From positions 17,238,012 to 17,302,011 of the forward strand of contig JARFYF010000058.1 of assembly GCA_030265395.1 (NCBI GenBank): a stretch of DNA of 64,000 nucleotides, read 5' to 3'. The DNA is from Rhina ancylostomus (taxonomy: Eukaryota). Below are positions 1 to 12,698 of the stretch, piece after piece (position 1 is the first letter of the stretch; the number at the start of each line of letters is the position of its first letter). The translations under genes and the position numbers were made by a program. The notes beneath the pieces are model-generated. The model searched no databases and had not been told where the DNA came from. It worked only from the letters and a program-made list of their open reading frames with translations.

Positions 1-560
1 AATGGAGCCAAATTGAGGGCCAGAACTCAGACCCATGACAAGAGCAGAGTTTTTCATGAGCTGTGAAGAGTCTTAGACAATGCAAACAGTGATGGTCTTC
101 AGACAGCCTTTTCCACTGTCTTTAAATGTCTCTAATGACCCAAGACAGCAGATATATGTAAAAAAATTAAATAAAACATAAATTGTTGTAAAAAATACAA
201 AATAACTTATTTTAAATCATCTTAAATGGGTGTAAATTAATTAAAACATAAATATTAATTAAAATATGATAGCAAATTCAAACAGTGTATCTTTGCTTAC
301 CTTTACAATGAAGGTCAGTGACCCTTTCTAAATGAATGGTGTAAAGCTGAAGATTAATACACTGAGCGTATCCTGGTTCTCAGCTTTGGAAGATTTGTAG
401 CTGCCCCTGAATTTAGTGCCGAGTCCAGGGATCGAATCGGAGCTCAGCTTTGTGTTGGTAAATAAGGCAATTATCAATAGTCAGAGGCCATCTTAAAAGT
501 CTATTCAGCTAAAAGAAAGCTCCATTGTCAACATATTTATTCGCTAATACCATGGCTGCC
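1..560. mobile_element. Copy of a dispersed non-autonomous element with an AT-rich core (possibly Harbinger-derived), probably truncated at the window start
   Basis: Shares taaatgtctct..., an AT-rich core and cttacct...gtgaccc (296-343) with 17928-17975 and 50242-50463. Confidence 0.45.
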
Positions 561-649
561 AGTTTCCTACCTTCTTCATCCCATATGAACTGTTGTGCAC
601 ACTGCAGCCAGCTGGCTATTCCCTGTAGAGCCGCTGACTAGCCATAAGC

Positions 650-790
650 ATGATCCAGCCCAATACTACAGTGGAGTTCAGTGTTGTCCAGAGTTTTATA
701 AAGGTTTAGCATTTTACCTCGGTATTATATCTCTCTATTAATAAATGCAAGAATTAAGTATACTTTATACCAGTCTACTTGTCCTGAAAG
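650..790 (-). mobile_element. Old CR1 LINE fragment (C-terminal RT region)
   Basis: Degenerate match to the RPxLEYCVQFW-encoding segment seen in younger CR1 copies in this window. Confidence 0.5.
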
Positions 791-1544
791 GTGGGTAGGG
801 TGTTGGAGGTATGTGGGGAGTAAGAGATGATGGGGGGGGATTTGCATTAATTTTGGTGGTGATGCAACCCCTTTATGGTGCAGGAAAACTTACTGCTGTT
901 ACTGATTTGGATCCAGTCATAACTGCTAGAAGCTGCTCGTGGCCATCTGCTAAAGAAAGGACAGGGTCAAAATGGTCTTCCTTCATGTTTGAATAGTGCA
1001 TGTTTATGTGAAGAGTGACCATTTGAACCAGGGGTCAAATAGCACCTGGTGATAAAGGAAGCTTACCTCAATGAGGCAGTTCATTCAGAAGGAAGAGCTT
1101 AGGAAATTAACAACCATTGGCATTAATCAACCACACATTGGCAACAGTGCTTTTTTGTGACTTATCCATTCATGGCATACTTGAGTTTATTGTCCATCCC
1201 TAATTGCCCCTTAATTGTCCAATACATCCAGTACAATTGAAATTCCACAGCTACTGTTATCAACATTTCTTCATAATATTATTAACAGAGAGCTATCCAT
1301 TTTCATGAACTACTGCATTGCAAATTAAAACAGAAACTGTAAATTCTATTGTAATTTCATCATCTGAAAGGCTGCTACAAAGTGATTTTTATCTATTTTG
1401 GCAAGATTAGAGAGAGCAATGGAGGTCACAGGGGTACTAAAGAATTGCAAATTAAACAGACAGCTCTGGTGGACAATTGTTAGTCATTGATGTGTAGAGT
1501 AAATTCATGCTGACAACCATTTTCATCTGGAGTTTTGCATTTGT

Positions 1545-1680
1545 ATCTTTCCAGACTTTATTTTAACTCGCATGAATTTAAATTTCCCAGCTGCCACAGT
1601 CAAACTTGAACTCTTGCCCATGAATCAATGGTCCAGAACTCTAGCTATGAGGCTAGTAACTTATCCACTATGCTACCAGG
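1545..1680 (-). mobile_element. tRNA-derived head of a Deu-domain/SacSINE1-like SINE
   Basis: Reverse strand reads ggtagcatagtgg...gagttcaag...ggcagctgggaaatttaaattca (A-box and B-box-like). Similar to 63680-63795. Confidence 0.6.
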
Positions 1681-1724
1681 ATAGGTTCTTAAACCTAGTG
1701 TCTGTTCAGAAGCTTGAAGTCCCA

Positions 1725-2028
1725 CCCCACCAGGTTCAAGAACAGCTACTTCCTTTCAACCATTCGATTCTTGAACCAACCGGCACAACCCTAATCACTA
1801 CAGTTTAGCAATACCATGACTACTTTGATCACTTTGCATTAAAATGGACTTTGTTTTTTTTTGTTCTAATTGTAAAAATTGTGTATAATTTGTTTAATTT
1901 GTGTTTTTCTTGCGAATGCTGGTTAGATGATGCCATGTACCTGTGATGTTGCCACAAGTAAGTTTTGCATTGCAGTTGTGTACATATGTACTTGTGCACA
2001 TGACAATAAACTTGACTTTGACTTTGAA
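1725..2028 (+). mobile_element. Rex1/Babar LINE 3' end
   Basis: Encodes the RFKNSYFxxTIRFLN-type ORF end, then a 3'UTR ending gtgcacatgacaataaac and a (ttgact)n tail. Confidence 0.7.
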
Positions 2029-2611
2029 TATTGAAAGTGGCCTTCTTTACTGAGGGTGCGAACTCAAGGCCAACAACAATAGGGGATGGCAATTTACAAG
2101 AAATAAAAGCAGCCACTTTATCAAATATGTAAATGCTCAAAGTATGTTGGTGGTTCATACAGAAAGCCTGAGGCACATAAAATGAGGAGATAACTTGTTA
2201 AAGAAATAAAAAATGTATGCATCTTCATTATGAGCAAATGATGATGAAGACACTCAGAGATATAAAAACTGAGCTGTGTCAAACAGCTGGCCCTGGAAAA
2301 AAGACTGGGAGGAGTTGAATGGGTTGGAAAAGAGGAGGAACAGGAGCACAGGGAATTTGATTTTGTTTTATAGTGTGTTTGGAGGTGATAAAGGGTAGGC
2401 AAGTAAGTAGAAATGTTTTAGAATGAAGCCATTCCACAAAATGAATTGACTGATTAAATTTGGTTTTCTATTCCAGTAAAATATGCTGCAATCTATAAAT
2501 ATATAATGGAAGGGTTTGTGCAACTATTTTGTGTTAATTTTATCTTCCCTGGAAATGGCTAGAATTAAATTATTTACAGTTCAGCCACATGTGCAAGTCT
2601 CTTCCAAACAT

Positions 2612-3085
2612 AGAACCTTAAATGTATGTCCTCTAGTACTTGGCATTTCTACCCTGGGAAAAAGACTTTGTTTACCCGATCTATGCCTCTCATAATCTTA
2701 TAAACTTCTATCAGGTCTCCCCTCAGCCTCCAATGCTCTAGAGAAAACAACACAAGTTTGTCCAATGTCTCCATATAGCTCATACCCTCCAATCCTGGTA
2801 AACCTCTTCTGCACCCTTTCCAAAGTCTCCATATCCTTTCTGCACTGGGTGACCTGAATTGCACACAATACTCCAAATATGGCCTAATCATAGTTTTATA
2901 TAGCTGCAAAATGACTTCTTGACTTTATACTTAATGCCCCAACCAATGAAGGCAAGCATGCCATATGCCTTTACCACCCTATCTACTTGCATGGACACTT
3001 TCAGTGACCTATGGACTTAGAACCCAAGATCCCTCTTTACATCAATGCTGTGAAGGGTCCTGCTATTAATTGTATACTTTCCCTG
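2612..3085 (-). mobile_element. CR1 LINE ORF2 fragment
   Basis: ORF 2649-2909 reads LYKTMIRPYLEYCVQF...RLRGDLIEVYKIMRGIDRV, a CR1 C-terminal motif. Confidence 0.9.
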
Positions 3086-3544
3086 CAACATCAATAAATG
3101 TAAGTAAAAAAGAGGTGACTAAAATGGTGTTCAGTTTTTTTGATAAATCTATTTGAATTGAATTTAATATTGTTTGTGATATAGTTCTATGTGTGGTTAA
3201 TAGCTTCTTGATGATGACTTTCAATTAGCCATATGTATCTGGAATTTCCACACCCAGATTTTGGTTTGTTGGATTGGATTGAAAGATTGTTAGAAAACTG
3301 GGATAACCTGGCGAATTATCAAAAGTGATTATTCTAGTTTTCTGATGAAGTTATGGACATCTCCTGAATTTGGCTGTGAGAAAAGGCCTCATGCTCCAGT
3401 GCAAGTACCATCCAGTGCTCTTGTGTTACTATGTGGCATTCTTCTCATTTTCTCATCCCCAAGTAGAATTCATTTAAGAAAAAAAAAGCCCTGCCTTCTC
3501 TCAAAGTAACTCAACCATGACCTGCAGACAAAAACACAACAACA

Positions 3545-3675
3545 CAAGAAAATAGAAGCAGGAAAATGCAACTAGGCCCCTCAAGCCTGACTTGCCATTC
3601 AAAATGATCATGGCTGATCTATGCTGCCCTCAACTCCTCTTCTGTATCAGCTCCCCATAATCCTTAATTCCTGAC
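3545..3675 (-). mobile_element. CR1 3'UTR fragment
   Basis: Reverse complement resembles the CR1 3' ends at 47750-47875 and 57670-57740. Confidence 0.7.
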
Positions 3676-4639
3676 TGAGATAATTATAATAGTTGTCAAT
3701 GAATAAATGCGGAGTGATGGATCTATACCATTTGAATTTTGTTAATTAAAAATTCTNNNNNNNNNNATTCTGGAGCAGCATCAATTATAACATACCCAAA
3801 ACTGTTGAATTTGTCAAAGAATTAATTGTTCAACACTGTGTTTCAGAGCAACTGTGTCTAAGTTCTTAATGCAAGGTAGTTTTTAAGACATTTTTAAATA
3901 TTTGACTACAGTATGACCAAGATTTGTGAGGCTGAGTAGAGGGTTAGGATCAGGCTCAAGCAGCAATTTAGATAAGTACATTTGAGAAATGCATGGCTGT
4001 TGAATACCTGCTATGCAACTCCGAACTCCACTAATGTTTACTTTCAGTAAAATGTTCATGTCTTGGCCTTCCTTCCAATAACCAAGGTCAGGGCTGAATG
4101 GGAGATTTGGACTCGCTTTACTTTTATATTCTCCCTGAGAAATTCTGCTCTCTCCACGAGCTTTTAACAAGCTTTACCAGTCTTCAACAAACGATTCTTT
4201 TCTCCTTTTCTTTTAATCATTGATTTTCAGTTCTTGTACGATGGAAGCAGAGCAGAACTGAGATAAAATGACCTTTCTTAAAACTCTTTCCACTTGCTCA
4301 GTTATTCCCTCACATCTCCATAACTCTGCTTTATGTTTGAGTTCCATTTATTGCCAGAAGAAAAAAAAATCCTCACATCTGTTGCCTAAATCAGATTGAG
4401 AAATAAGTATGTCATCTTAAGTCTTTTTGTGGCTATTGATATTTGGCAAAAATATTAATTGTAGTATTGACAGATGAAGCTTTGAACTTTTGGAGTTTGC
4501 AATTACATTGTTAATTTGATCCATTTCAAAAACTGGTTAATATTTTAGTTCACTTGCAAATCATTCATTGTTATCTTAAATGTGTCTGTCATCCCAAATG
4601 AAATTCACACAACTGAGTGGTGCCCACATTTTTAAACGT

Positions 4640-5710
4640 AAGGAATAGAAGTAGGAATAGACGATTTGGCCCTTTGTACCTGACCCATGATTAACAGATT
4701 ATTGCCCATATTTTACCTCAGCATCAATTTCTGACCACACCCATCTTAATTCTACCAATGCCTGTCTTGAATATATATAGGGCAGAGTTTTACAGCTCCC
4801 TTGGGTAGAGGATTCCAAAGATTTGCAACACTTTGGCTGTAGGAATTTCTTTTCATTTCTGTGCTGAATGGCTAATTCCTTACTTTGAAACTGTACACCC
4901 AAACCAGGAGAAATATCATCACTCATTAACCCTGTCAGGTCCTTTAATAATTTTGTATGTAATGATGAGATCATCCCTTATTCATCTAAATGCAAGAATG
5001 TATTGTTTTAGTCTGCTTAGCACCTCCTCATCTGACAAAGCTTCCTTCCCAGGAATGAATCTGCACTCCCTCGAATAGAAGTATATCCTTCCTTATGTAG
5101 GGAAACCAGACCTGCACCCATTATTCCGGATGTGGTTTCATGGGAGCTCCATATAATTGGAATGAGATGCATTTATCCTTCTGCTCAAATTATCTTGTAA
5201 TAAAGGCCAACTTACCATCTGCCTTTCTAATGTCTTGTAGTGCATGCCCGTGAGCTCTCAATAATTCATGTGCAAGGACACCCAGGTCCCCTTGAACATA
5301 AAGACCTTCCAATCTGTCACCGTTTTAAAAAATTCCACCTCTCTATTTTTTCCACCAAAATGTATTACCTCACATTTTTCCACATTATTTTCCATCTGCT
5401 GTGTCCTTGTCCATCCACTTAACCTGTCTATATCCCTGGAGTATTTCTGTTTCTTTCTCACAGTCTGTGTTGCTACCCAGCGTTGTATCATCAACAAACT
5501 CGGAGTTATTTCACTCCATTCACTCATCCAAGTAGATTGTGAACAGCTTGAACCTGGCATCAGTCCCTCTGGCATCCATTCATCACAGCTTCTGAACCCC
5601 ACGTACCTAGTTATTCCAACTCTCCTTTTGTCTGTTTACTAATTCTGTGCTGACATATTCTCTCCAATACTGTGTTCTGTAATTTTGTTTAATAACGTCT
5701 TGTATACCAC
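4640..5710 (-). mobile_element. CR1 LINE, 3' ~1 kb, degenerate
   Basis: ORF 5258-5602 contains RDIDRLSGW...QMENNVEKCEVIHFGGKN. The 3'UTR lies at about 4640-4750. Confidence 0.85.
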
Positions 5711-5865
5711 CTTGTGGGTAAAGAAATGTCCTCCTGATTAGCACCTAGTTGTTTAACTGATCCTCCATACTGAACAACACTTGAAGAACCACCTAAGGTA
5801 GCAAGAGCACTGAATGTACTCTGGGCAGAGGAATTCAATATTCACCACCAAGAGTGGCTTGGTGA
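5700..5865 (+). mobile_element. Old CR1/L2-group LINE endonuclease fragment
   Basis: Encodes VLWAEEFNIHHQEWLG, a degenerate form of the APE GDFNxHHxxW motif. Confidence 0.55.
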
Positions 5866-5867
5866 AC

Positions 5868-6140
5868 ATACAACATTACAGCACAGTACCGGCCCTTTGG
5901 CCCACAATGTTGTGCCAACATTTTATCCTGCTCTAAGATCTATCTAACCCTTCCCTCCCACATAGCCATCTATTTCTCTCATTCATGTATCTAAGAGTCT
6001 CTTAAGTGTCCCTAATGTATCTGCCCCCCACAACCTCTGCCAGCAGTGCATTCCACACACTCACCACTCTAAAATACATACCTCTGACATCCCCCTTATA
6101 CCTTCCTCCAATTACCTTATAAGTATGCCCCCTCATGTTA
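5868..6140 (-). mobile_element. Young CR1 3' end
   Basis: Near-identical to 23795-24010 (catacaacattacagcacagtac...gcccacaatgttgtgcc). Confidence 0.85.
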
Positions 6141-6299
6141 AATTGTTGGTGGAAATAAAACAAAAAAAATTCTCCATCAATTGGAGTCATGCCTCCCATA
6201 AGGAAGATGATTGCAGTTGTGCAAAAGTGAGTTGTTTCATTTTATGAAGACCTGTGAACAGAATTGAGCATTGTATAATCGTCAGCATATATCCAAATT

Positions 6300-6800
6300 C
6301 AGCAGCTAAATATGGCTGGACTTCGGACTCCAACTTCAAGAACTGCAGCAATGTCATGGACCTGAGATGATTAGCCTCCAACAACAAGGGTGTTCCTTTG
6401 TGCCAAGTACAATTCCAGCCAGTTTACCTTTTCTCAATTGATTTCAGTCTTACCTGGGCTCCCTGCAGCCACATTCAGTCAAATACTACCTCAATGTTAA
6501 TGGCAATCACTCTTACCTTATTTCTGGAATTCCAGTCTCATGTCTATTTTTGGATGAGCATTGGGTGAGCAAATTCTACTTGTTAGCATTGTTAAAGACT
6601 TCTTCCATCACTTTGCTGATAATTAAGAGGAATCTGATTACTTCATCTCTGGGATTCAACTCCTTTGCCCTTGGTTGGACCAAGGCTAGAAGGAGGCACA
6701 TAGTAACATTGTCCAGGCAAAATACAAACTAAGCAGATTATCAATGACAGGATTGTTCCTGTTTTTGTGAACAGGACAAGATTAACACTTATTCTTATAA
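6300..6800 (-). mobile_element. Old CR1/L2-group LINE RT fragment
   Basis: Reverse complement of 6440-6520 resembles the LDIKAAFDxVW region seen at 7490-7545 and 18505-18560. Confidence 0.5.
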
Positions 6801-7029
6801 TTGTACTTGAATTATTTGACAAGAGGCAAAGGTGCCAATTGGAAATTGCAAATGATTAAAACAAAAGTCACAGCAGAGTGAACCCAGAGATTCCTTGGCC
6901 TTAGACTTCCCCTTTATTGTTCCCCAACCTTTCCTGACTTTCATTATTTTACTTAAAATGTGAAATTACTATTCCAAATAAGTTTTCCTTTTTGTTGATT
7001 ATATCCTCCAATTAATATTTACCTGCTGC

Positions 7030-7390
7030 CTCAGTAAAGCAGCCAACATAATCAAAGACCCCTCTCACCTTGGACACCCTCTGTCACAATGTTGAGCAAA
7101 GAGCAAGCTCAGAGAACCCAAATGCAGCACACTGGTACAAGACTGGAGTCAGGATACNNNNNNNNNNNNNNNNNNNNNNNNNNNNNNNNNNNNNNNNNNN
7201 NNNNNNNNNNNNNNNNNNNNNNNNNNNNNNNNNNNNNNNNNNNNNNNNNNNNNNNNNNNNNNNNNNNNNNNNNNNNNNNNNNNNNNNNNNNNNNNNNNNN
7301 NNNNNNNNNNNNNNNNNNNNNNNNNNNNNNNNNNNNTTTCACTGTACCTTGGTACAAGTGACAATAATAAACCAATATCAATACCAATAA
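7030..7390 (+). mobile_element. Rex1/Babar 3' fragment spanning an assembly gap
   Basis: KAANIIKDPSH motif before the gap. After the gap, tttcactgtaccttggtacaagtgacaataataaa and a (ccaata)n tail. Confidence 0.65.
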
Positions 7391-8190
7391 TAACCTCTCG
7401 CTGATTGCCAGTTTGAATTTCACCAGGACCACTTCTCTCCAGACCAAATCCCAGCCTTAGTCCAATCATGAGTTCCAGAGGTGAGGTGAGGTGAGGGTGA
7501 CTATCCATGGTGTTAAGGCAGCATTTGACCAAGTGTGGCATCAAGAAGGCCTGGCAGAACTGAAGTCAATGGGCTTTGAGGGGAAAGCACTGCAGTGTTT
7601 GGAGTCATAGAATGCACAAAGAAGATAGTTGTGGCTGTTGGAGGTCAATCGTTCCAACCCCAGAACATCATTGCAGCAGGAGGCAGTTTTCTAGACCCAA
7701 CCATCTTCAGGAATTTCATCTGTGACCGGTCATCCATTGAAAGATCAGTAATGAGAATATTTGCTGACAATCACACAATGTTCAATTTCTTTCATAACTC
7801 CAAAAGTGAAGCAGTCCCAGACAACATTCAGCCATGAGTCAAAGTGGCAGATGACATTTATCCCACCAAAGTAACAGGCAGCAACCATCCCCTACAACAG
7901 AGTCTAACCACCAATCTTTGACATTCAACAGCATGACCAGTGGTTAGTTTCCCTATCATCAACATTCTGGGGATCACCAATGACCAAAAACTCATCTGGG
8001 ACTGGTCAGTAGAATCATGTCTACAAAAGCAGGGATCCTGTGGTGAGCGATTCATCTCCTGGCATCCCAAAGCTTCTCTATCATCCATAATGCACATATC
8101 AGGAGGGTGATGGAATACTCTCCACTTGCTTGGATGTGTGCAGCTCCCTCAAGATGCTTATCACCATCCAGAACAAAGCAGGCACTTCAG
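7385..8190 (+). mobile_element. Old CR1/L2-group LINE RT fragment
   Basis: Degenerate RT motifs KAAFDQVWH, GSFLDPTIF, RIFADN and MEYSPLAW. Confidence 0.75.
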
Positions 8191-8591
8191 GAACCACCAG
8201 AAATATTCTGAAAATTTCCTGATCCTCAGGCTTTTTTTGAACAACATAACAAGCTTTGTCCTTTCATCTAATACAATTTTAATTTCTCTTGTTAGCTACA
8301 GCTGCACTGCTTTTCCTGAGTTCTTTTTGTTGTAAAGAGTTATATATCATTTTCAAAGTACATATATGTACTTTAAATGTTGCCCACTGCTTTTTCATGT
8401 CAAATCTTTTATTATAGTTTTCTAATCTAACATAGTTAACTCATGCTCAGACCTCTGTAGTTTATTCAGATTTAGGATTCTGGTTTCAGAGGTTGAAATA
8501 AGTTACTTTCAAATTTTATATAAAATTATAATTATGTTCCTTTAAAACCCTTAGCAACCAGATCCTCAGTTAACTCCTTCTCATTGAATAG

Positions 8592-9128
8592 TATAATAAA
8601 GCTCCGTTAATCCAGCATGTTTGGGACAATGGTGCTGCTGGACTGGCAGACTTTCTGGACCCTTGAATGTTATTTCAATTAATATTCCAACATAATTTTA
8701 ATTCACTTTTATTTAGATGTTACACAGTACAATTGTGTACTAAATTTTCCACTGAATCTGGTAAGTTTCAAGGCAGCATGGGAAACAGAGCCTTGGTTAA
8801 TTTAAAGGGAATATGGGAACCAGGGTCCTGTGAATTTAAAGGGAGGATGGAAACTGGGACCCCAAAGTGTGTTAGGGAGAGCACAGGAACAGGGACTCCA
8901 ATGTGCCAGAGGTAGCAAGGGAATCAAGGGGCCATGTGCTCGAGGGATGTTAGGAACCAGGGCCCCTATGTGCTGAGTTGGGGGCCCCCAAGGTGTTGGA
9001 GGGAGTGTAGGGACTGGGGCCCCAGTGTGCTGGAGGGAGCAGTGCAATCAGCACCCTCTAAGTCAGATGCCAAACAATCAGGTCCCTGAACAATTTGTTA
9101 GCAGATTATCAGAGTCTTTTTGGTTTAC
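8592..9128. mobile_element. Putative Tc1/mariner (Tigger/pogo-like) MITE containing a minisatellite
   Basis: Left end ta-taataaagctccgttaatccag vs reverse complement of the right end ...aaagactctgataatctgc (degenerate TIRs). It interrupts CR1 sequence. Confidence 0.4.
8770..9045 (+). repeat. Degenerate G-rich minisatellite, ~33-bp unit, ~8 copies
   Basis: Recurrent units resembling gagggagcatgggaaccagggccccagtgtgctg. Confidence 0.75.
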
Positions 9129-9179
9129 TAATTTTGTTTGAATAAAGTTCCCATGATTGTATTACCCTTGTTTCAAGCA

Positions 9180-9720
9180 CCACTAATTTCCTGAAACCCA
9201 TTTTTCAAACACCAGTCTTTCAGACATGTATTCAGCTTTCTGATCTTACTGCCAATTTTCCTGAGTAAGTAGTAATTGGAGATTATTATCTTTATGATTC
9301 TGTTTTATTTTTATTTTGGACCCCATCTGTTCATATTCCTTCTACAGAATCTCCTTCTTTGTCTTATCTATGTCATTGGTTCCCACATGGACCACAACAA
9401 CTGGATCTTTCCCTTTCCACATTAAGTTCCTCTCCAGACCCTAATATATGCCTTTAACCCTAGCAGGTGACACAACCTTTGGGATTCACACTCGCAGCTG
9501 CAGATAACAGTATTTGTCCTTCTCACCATACTAAACCCCTATTAGCATTTCATTCACTACCCCTGTACCATAGTGCAGTGGTCAAATTGATCACCTCCCC
9601 TGCAATCTTTGTTTTCATCAAAATACAGCAGGACCCTGATAGTCTTCTTGCAGAACCTGAAGTGCAAGGGCTGAGGCTCCTGTAGTCCTGCCTTCTGGAT
9701 CCCCATACATGCCATACCTG
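9180..9720 (-). mobile_element. CR1 ORF1 esterase (SGNH/GDSL-like) relic
   Basis: Reverse strand of 9368-9400 encodes VVVHVGTNDI, the typical CR1 ORF1 esterase motif. Confidence 0.7.
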
Positions 9721-12587
9721 AAATATTCCACAAGGCATTTATCAGATGATAAAGATATTACTGGTCAAAATATCAGCTTTGCAATCTCTAGTCACTACAA
9801 AACCATGGCGGCATCTTTGAAAGGCCCATTTAGTAGTTTTAATGTTGGCTTCATTACTGTTGGTTGCTCTATTTGTCAGCGGTCTTTATGTCTGAATGGG
9901 ATGGTGGAGTTTACTGGTCAGCATTTCAATTGATCTCCTGTCTTTGTTACCTAATGTTTTTCAATTAAGCTGCTTTAGCTCATCTCATCCTCCTCACACC
10001 TAGCTCAACACATGGAAACTATACTGCAGGAGCATAGTCTGCAGCTCAATAACAGCATCCTGCAATTTCCCACAAGAATTCACCCATGACTTTTATCCAC
10101 ATCCTGTTGCTGCAGCTTTCTACTTTAATTCAGATTGCTAATCTTGAGGCTATAACTATAATGTTCCTTTCTCTCCAAGAAGAATGTTCATGACGATACA
10201 GATCTCACATTCTTTATTATCAATGAACATGTGATAGGTGCACAAATTCCTCTCTGTCACTCTTCTATTTCTGACCATTTCACTTGAACTATCTTCCAGT
10301 CATTCACCACAGCACATTGCAATTTATGGAACTGAAATGTTGGGGATAAACAAAGATTACCATAAATTACTTAATCTCTGACAACAAGCTAATTACATGC
10401 AGATCAATCAAGCCTTCCACCAGCACTTGAAAGCACTTTGAAGGCAGTGAATACACTGTAATAATTAGCATTACTGACACATATTTTCTCATACAGCTCC
10501 TCCGTGGCACTAAATACATATTTTTCTAAGGAGGGAAGGTTCATTTACTGGGCTCCTCATGGAGGTGTGGTTTTAAAAAAATAAACTTGTCAGAGTGTTG
10601 CAAGGTTGACCACAGCCTCATTTTCAGCCTCTTCAGTACTAACTTTAAAAATACACATCGCCAAGCATGGATAAGTATTCTGCTGCCGTGACTCAAAGTA
10701 AGTTATTCTCCCTCAGTCAGCGATGCCAAAACTGATTCCAACAGACAAGCAGCATAACTTGGCAAAAGCTTTCCTGATAGGTTGCACTCAAAGAGTATGT
10801 TACTTGTACAGAAGCAAATCCTGGTGAAATTCTGTTTATTTATTTCCTGTTGAAGGTGAGATTGGTGCTGTGCGAGTTTAGTGGAGATTGCAGCAAGCAG
10901 CTCTTTGTGTGGATTTTAGCTATAAGGTCTATGGACAAGGTTACAATGCATTTTATCATCTTCCCTGGATAATCATCAATTCAGTAGAATTCTGACCCAG
11001 GGAGGGGTTGTACAATGATTTAAATGAAACAATTCAGCCAGCACACCACTCAGTTTGCCAAAGTAGGGGACCTTATTGGAGAAATGAATCCAAACTTTAG
11101 ACTTTTGACTCACTTTATTTTGACCGAACAGAATGCTGTTTTTGTTTGCCATGGTGTAACTTTGTGAAGAATCCACCTTGAAAACAGTAACGATGAACTA
11201 GGTGGTTGCAATTGAGATTAAGAGCAAATGAAAGAAATATGATTATACAATTGTTTAACAAAGGCAATTTGAAAGTTAGCAATGTAAAGCTTGTTCTCTG
11301 AGTTAAAACAGATTTTGAGGTCATTCATTTATCCTTAAAGCATCATTGGAGCTAAAATAAGTCGATCTGTACATTTCCAAAAGTGCAAAATGCTTTTTTC
11401 GAAGACAGCTCTTCAATTGACAGCAGTATCACCTCAGATAAAATCTGTTGACCTAGTTAACCGATCGCAATGCAACATTTCCGACAGCTTTAAACAAATT
11501 CATAATTGCTTGATTTGGAAATTCTAAACCATTCCTCATAAAGCAGTGATTTTCTTATCTGTAGCAGCTGGTGATGTGGAACAAGGCTGCACACAAAGGG
11601 AAGTAAAAGAGAGAGGGAAAGAGAAAAAAACAACATCTGGATTTCATTCCCAGTATCTGAATTTCCTTCTCTCTTGTATGAAGCTCCCAAGAGTCAGTCA
11701 GTAGGCCCTGCTCCAAATCTGAAACTCACATCTGTGCCGCAGCCAAAGCACACATTTGGTTTCAATTCTAAGTCTGGCTTGGTTATAGAAGGAGGATCAA
11801 GGAACTTCAAGGTTGGGCGGCACTGTTGCCATAGAGTACAGTAGTAAAACCTTTGCTGTTTCTAAGAGAAGGGGCAAAGCAGCAAAAAAAAAGGGATTGT
11901 TACTATTTCATGATATTGTTTATGAACCACTTTTTTATCTTTTTCCTATAATAGTTTGAATAGCATTAATGACAAATGCTTAAAATCTCAACCTTTAAAC
12001 AATTTTGTATAGCACCTTTTTACTTGCACACAATTCTGTGGTTCATCAATTATTCACTGGTTTGGGATACTATTTCCTGTTGAATAGGGCCAAACCCTCA
12101 CTACACTAAAATATACATCCTTTTCTCTGATCGGCTGTTTTTCTTTATTAGTCAGTTCATCCCCTTCATTTAAATATCTAAATTCACCAGCAATAGGAAT
12201 CAGGCGTTCTGAGCCTAAAACCATCCCACCCAGTATTTAAGTGGCCAACACATTTGGGCTGATTTTTCTTGTCCAAAGTAAAAATTAAATACAACCTTAT
12301 TTCTGAGATAGGGCAAGGAGTTCGACTTGGCGTAAAACAAGGTACAGTTAGTTTTGAATATTCCCATGGGAAAATAATTAATCAATACAAATGCTTTTAA
12401 GGCCTACTTCAAATTCACCTTAACAGAATCAATGAGCTGCCTGCAATGTTTAGGTAGTTTAAAGATCAAATGGAATAAGGTTCTCTCAGCAAACCTGCAA
12501 TGTTTACCAGATCACCTAAATAAAATGAGCATTTTGTTTAAAGAATCATAGAGGGTTCTTATCAGCAACCACATATCTAAGTAACTT

Positions 12588-12698
12588 TCTTTTTGCACTA
12601 TTTATTTATTTTTGTAATTTATAGCAATTTTCTGTCTTTGTTCTTTTGCTGCAAATTTCACATCATCTAAGTGAGTGATAATAAATCTGATTCTGATC
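12588..12698 (+). mobile_element. Rex1/Babar 3'UTR fragment
   Basis: Ends gtgataataaatctgattctga. Reverse-complement match to 20630-20750. Confidence 0.6.

Noticed and set aside
7070-7544. Cluster of ORFs on both strands (same situation at 27228-27578, 36064-36469 and 59477-59806)
   Set aside because: Artefacts of translating N-runs.
8770-9045. CRISPR-like array or collagen-like coding repeat
   Set aside because: Eukaryotic context, no constant repeat with unique spacers and no sustained Gly-X-Y frame. It is a degenerate minisatellite.
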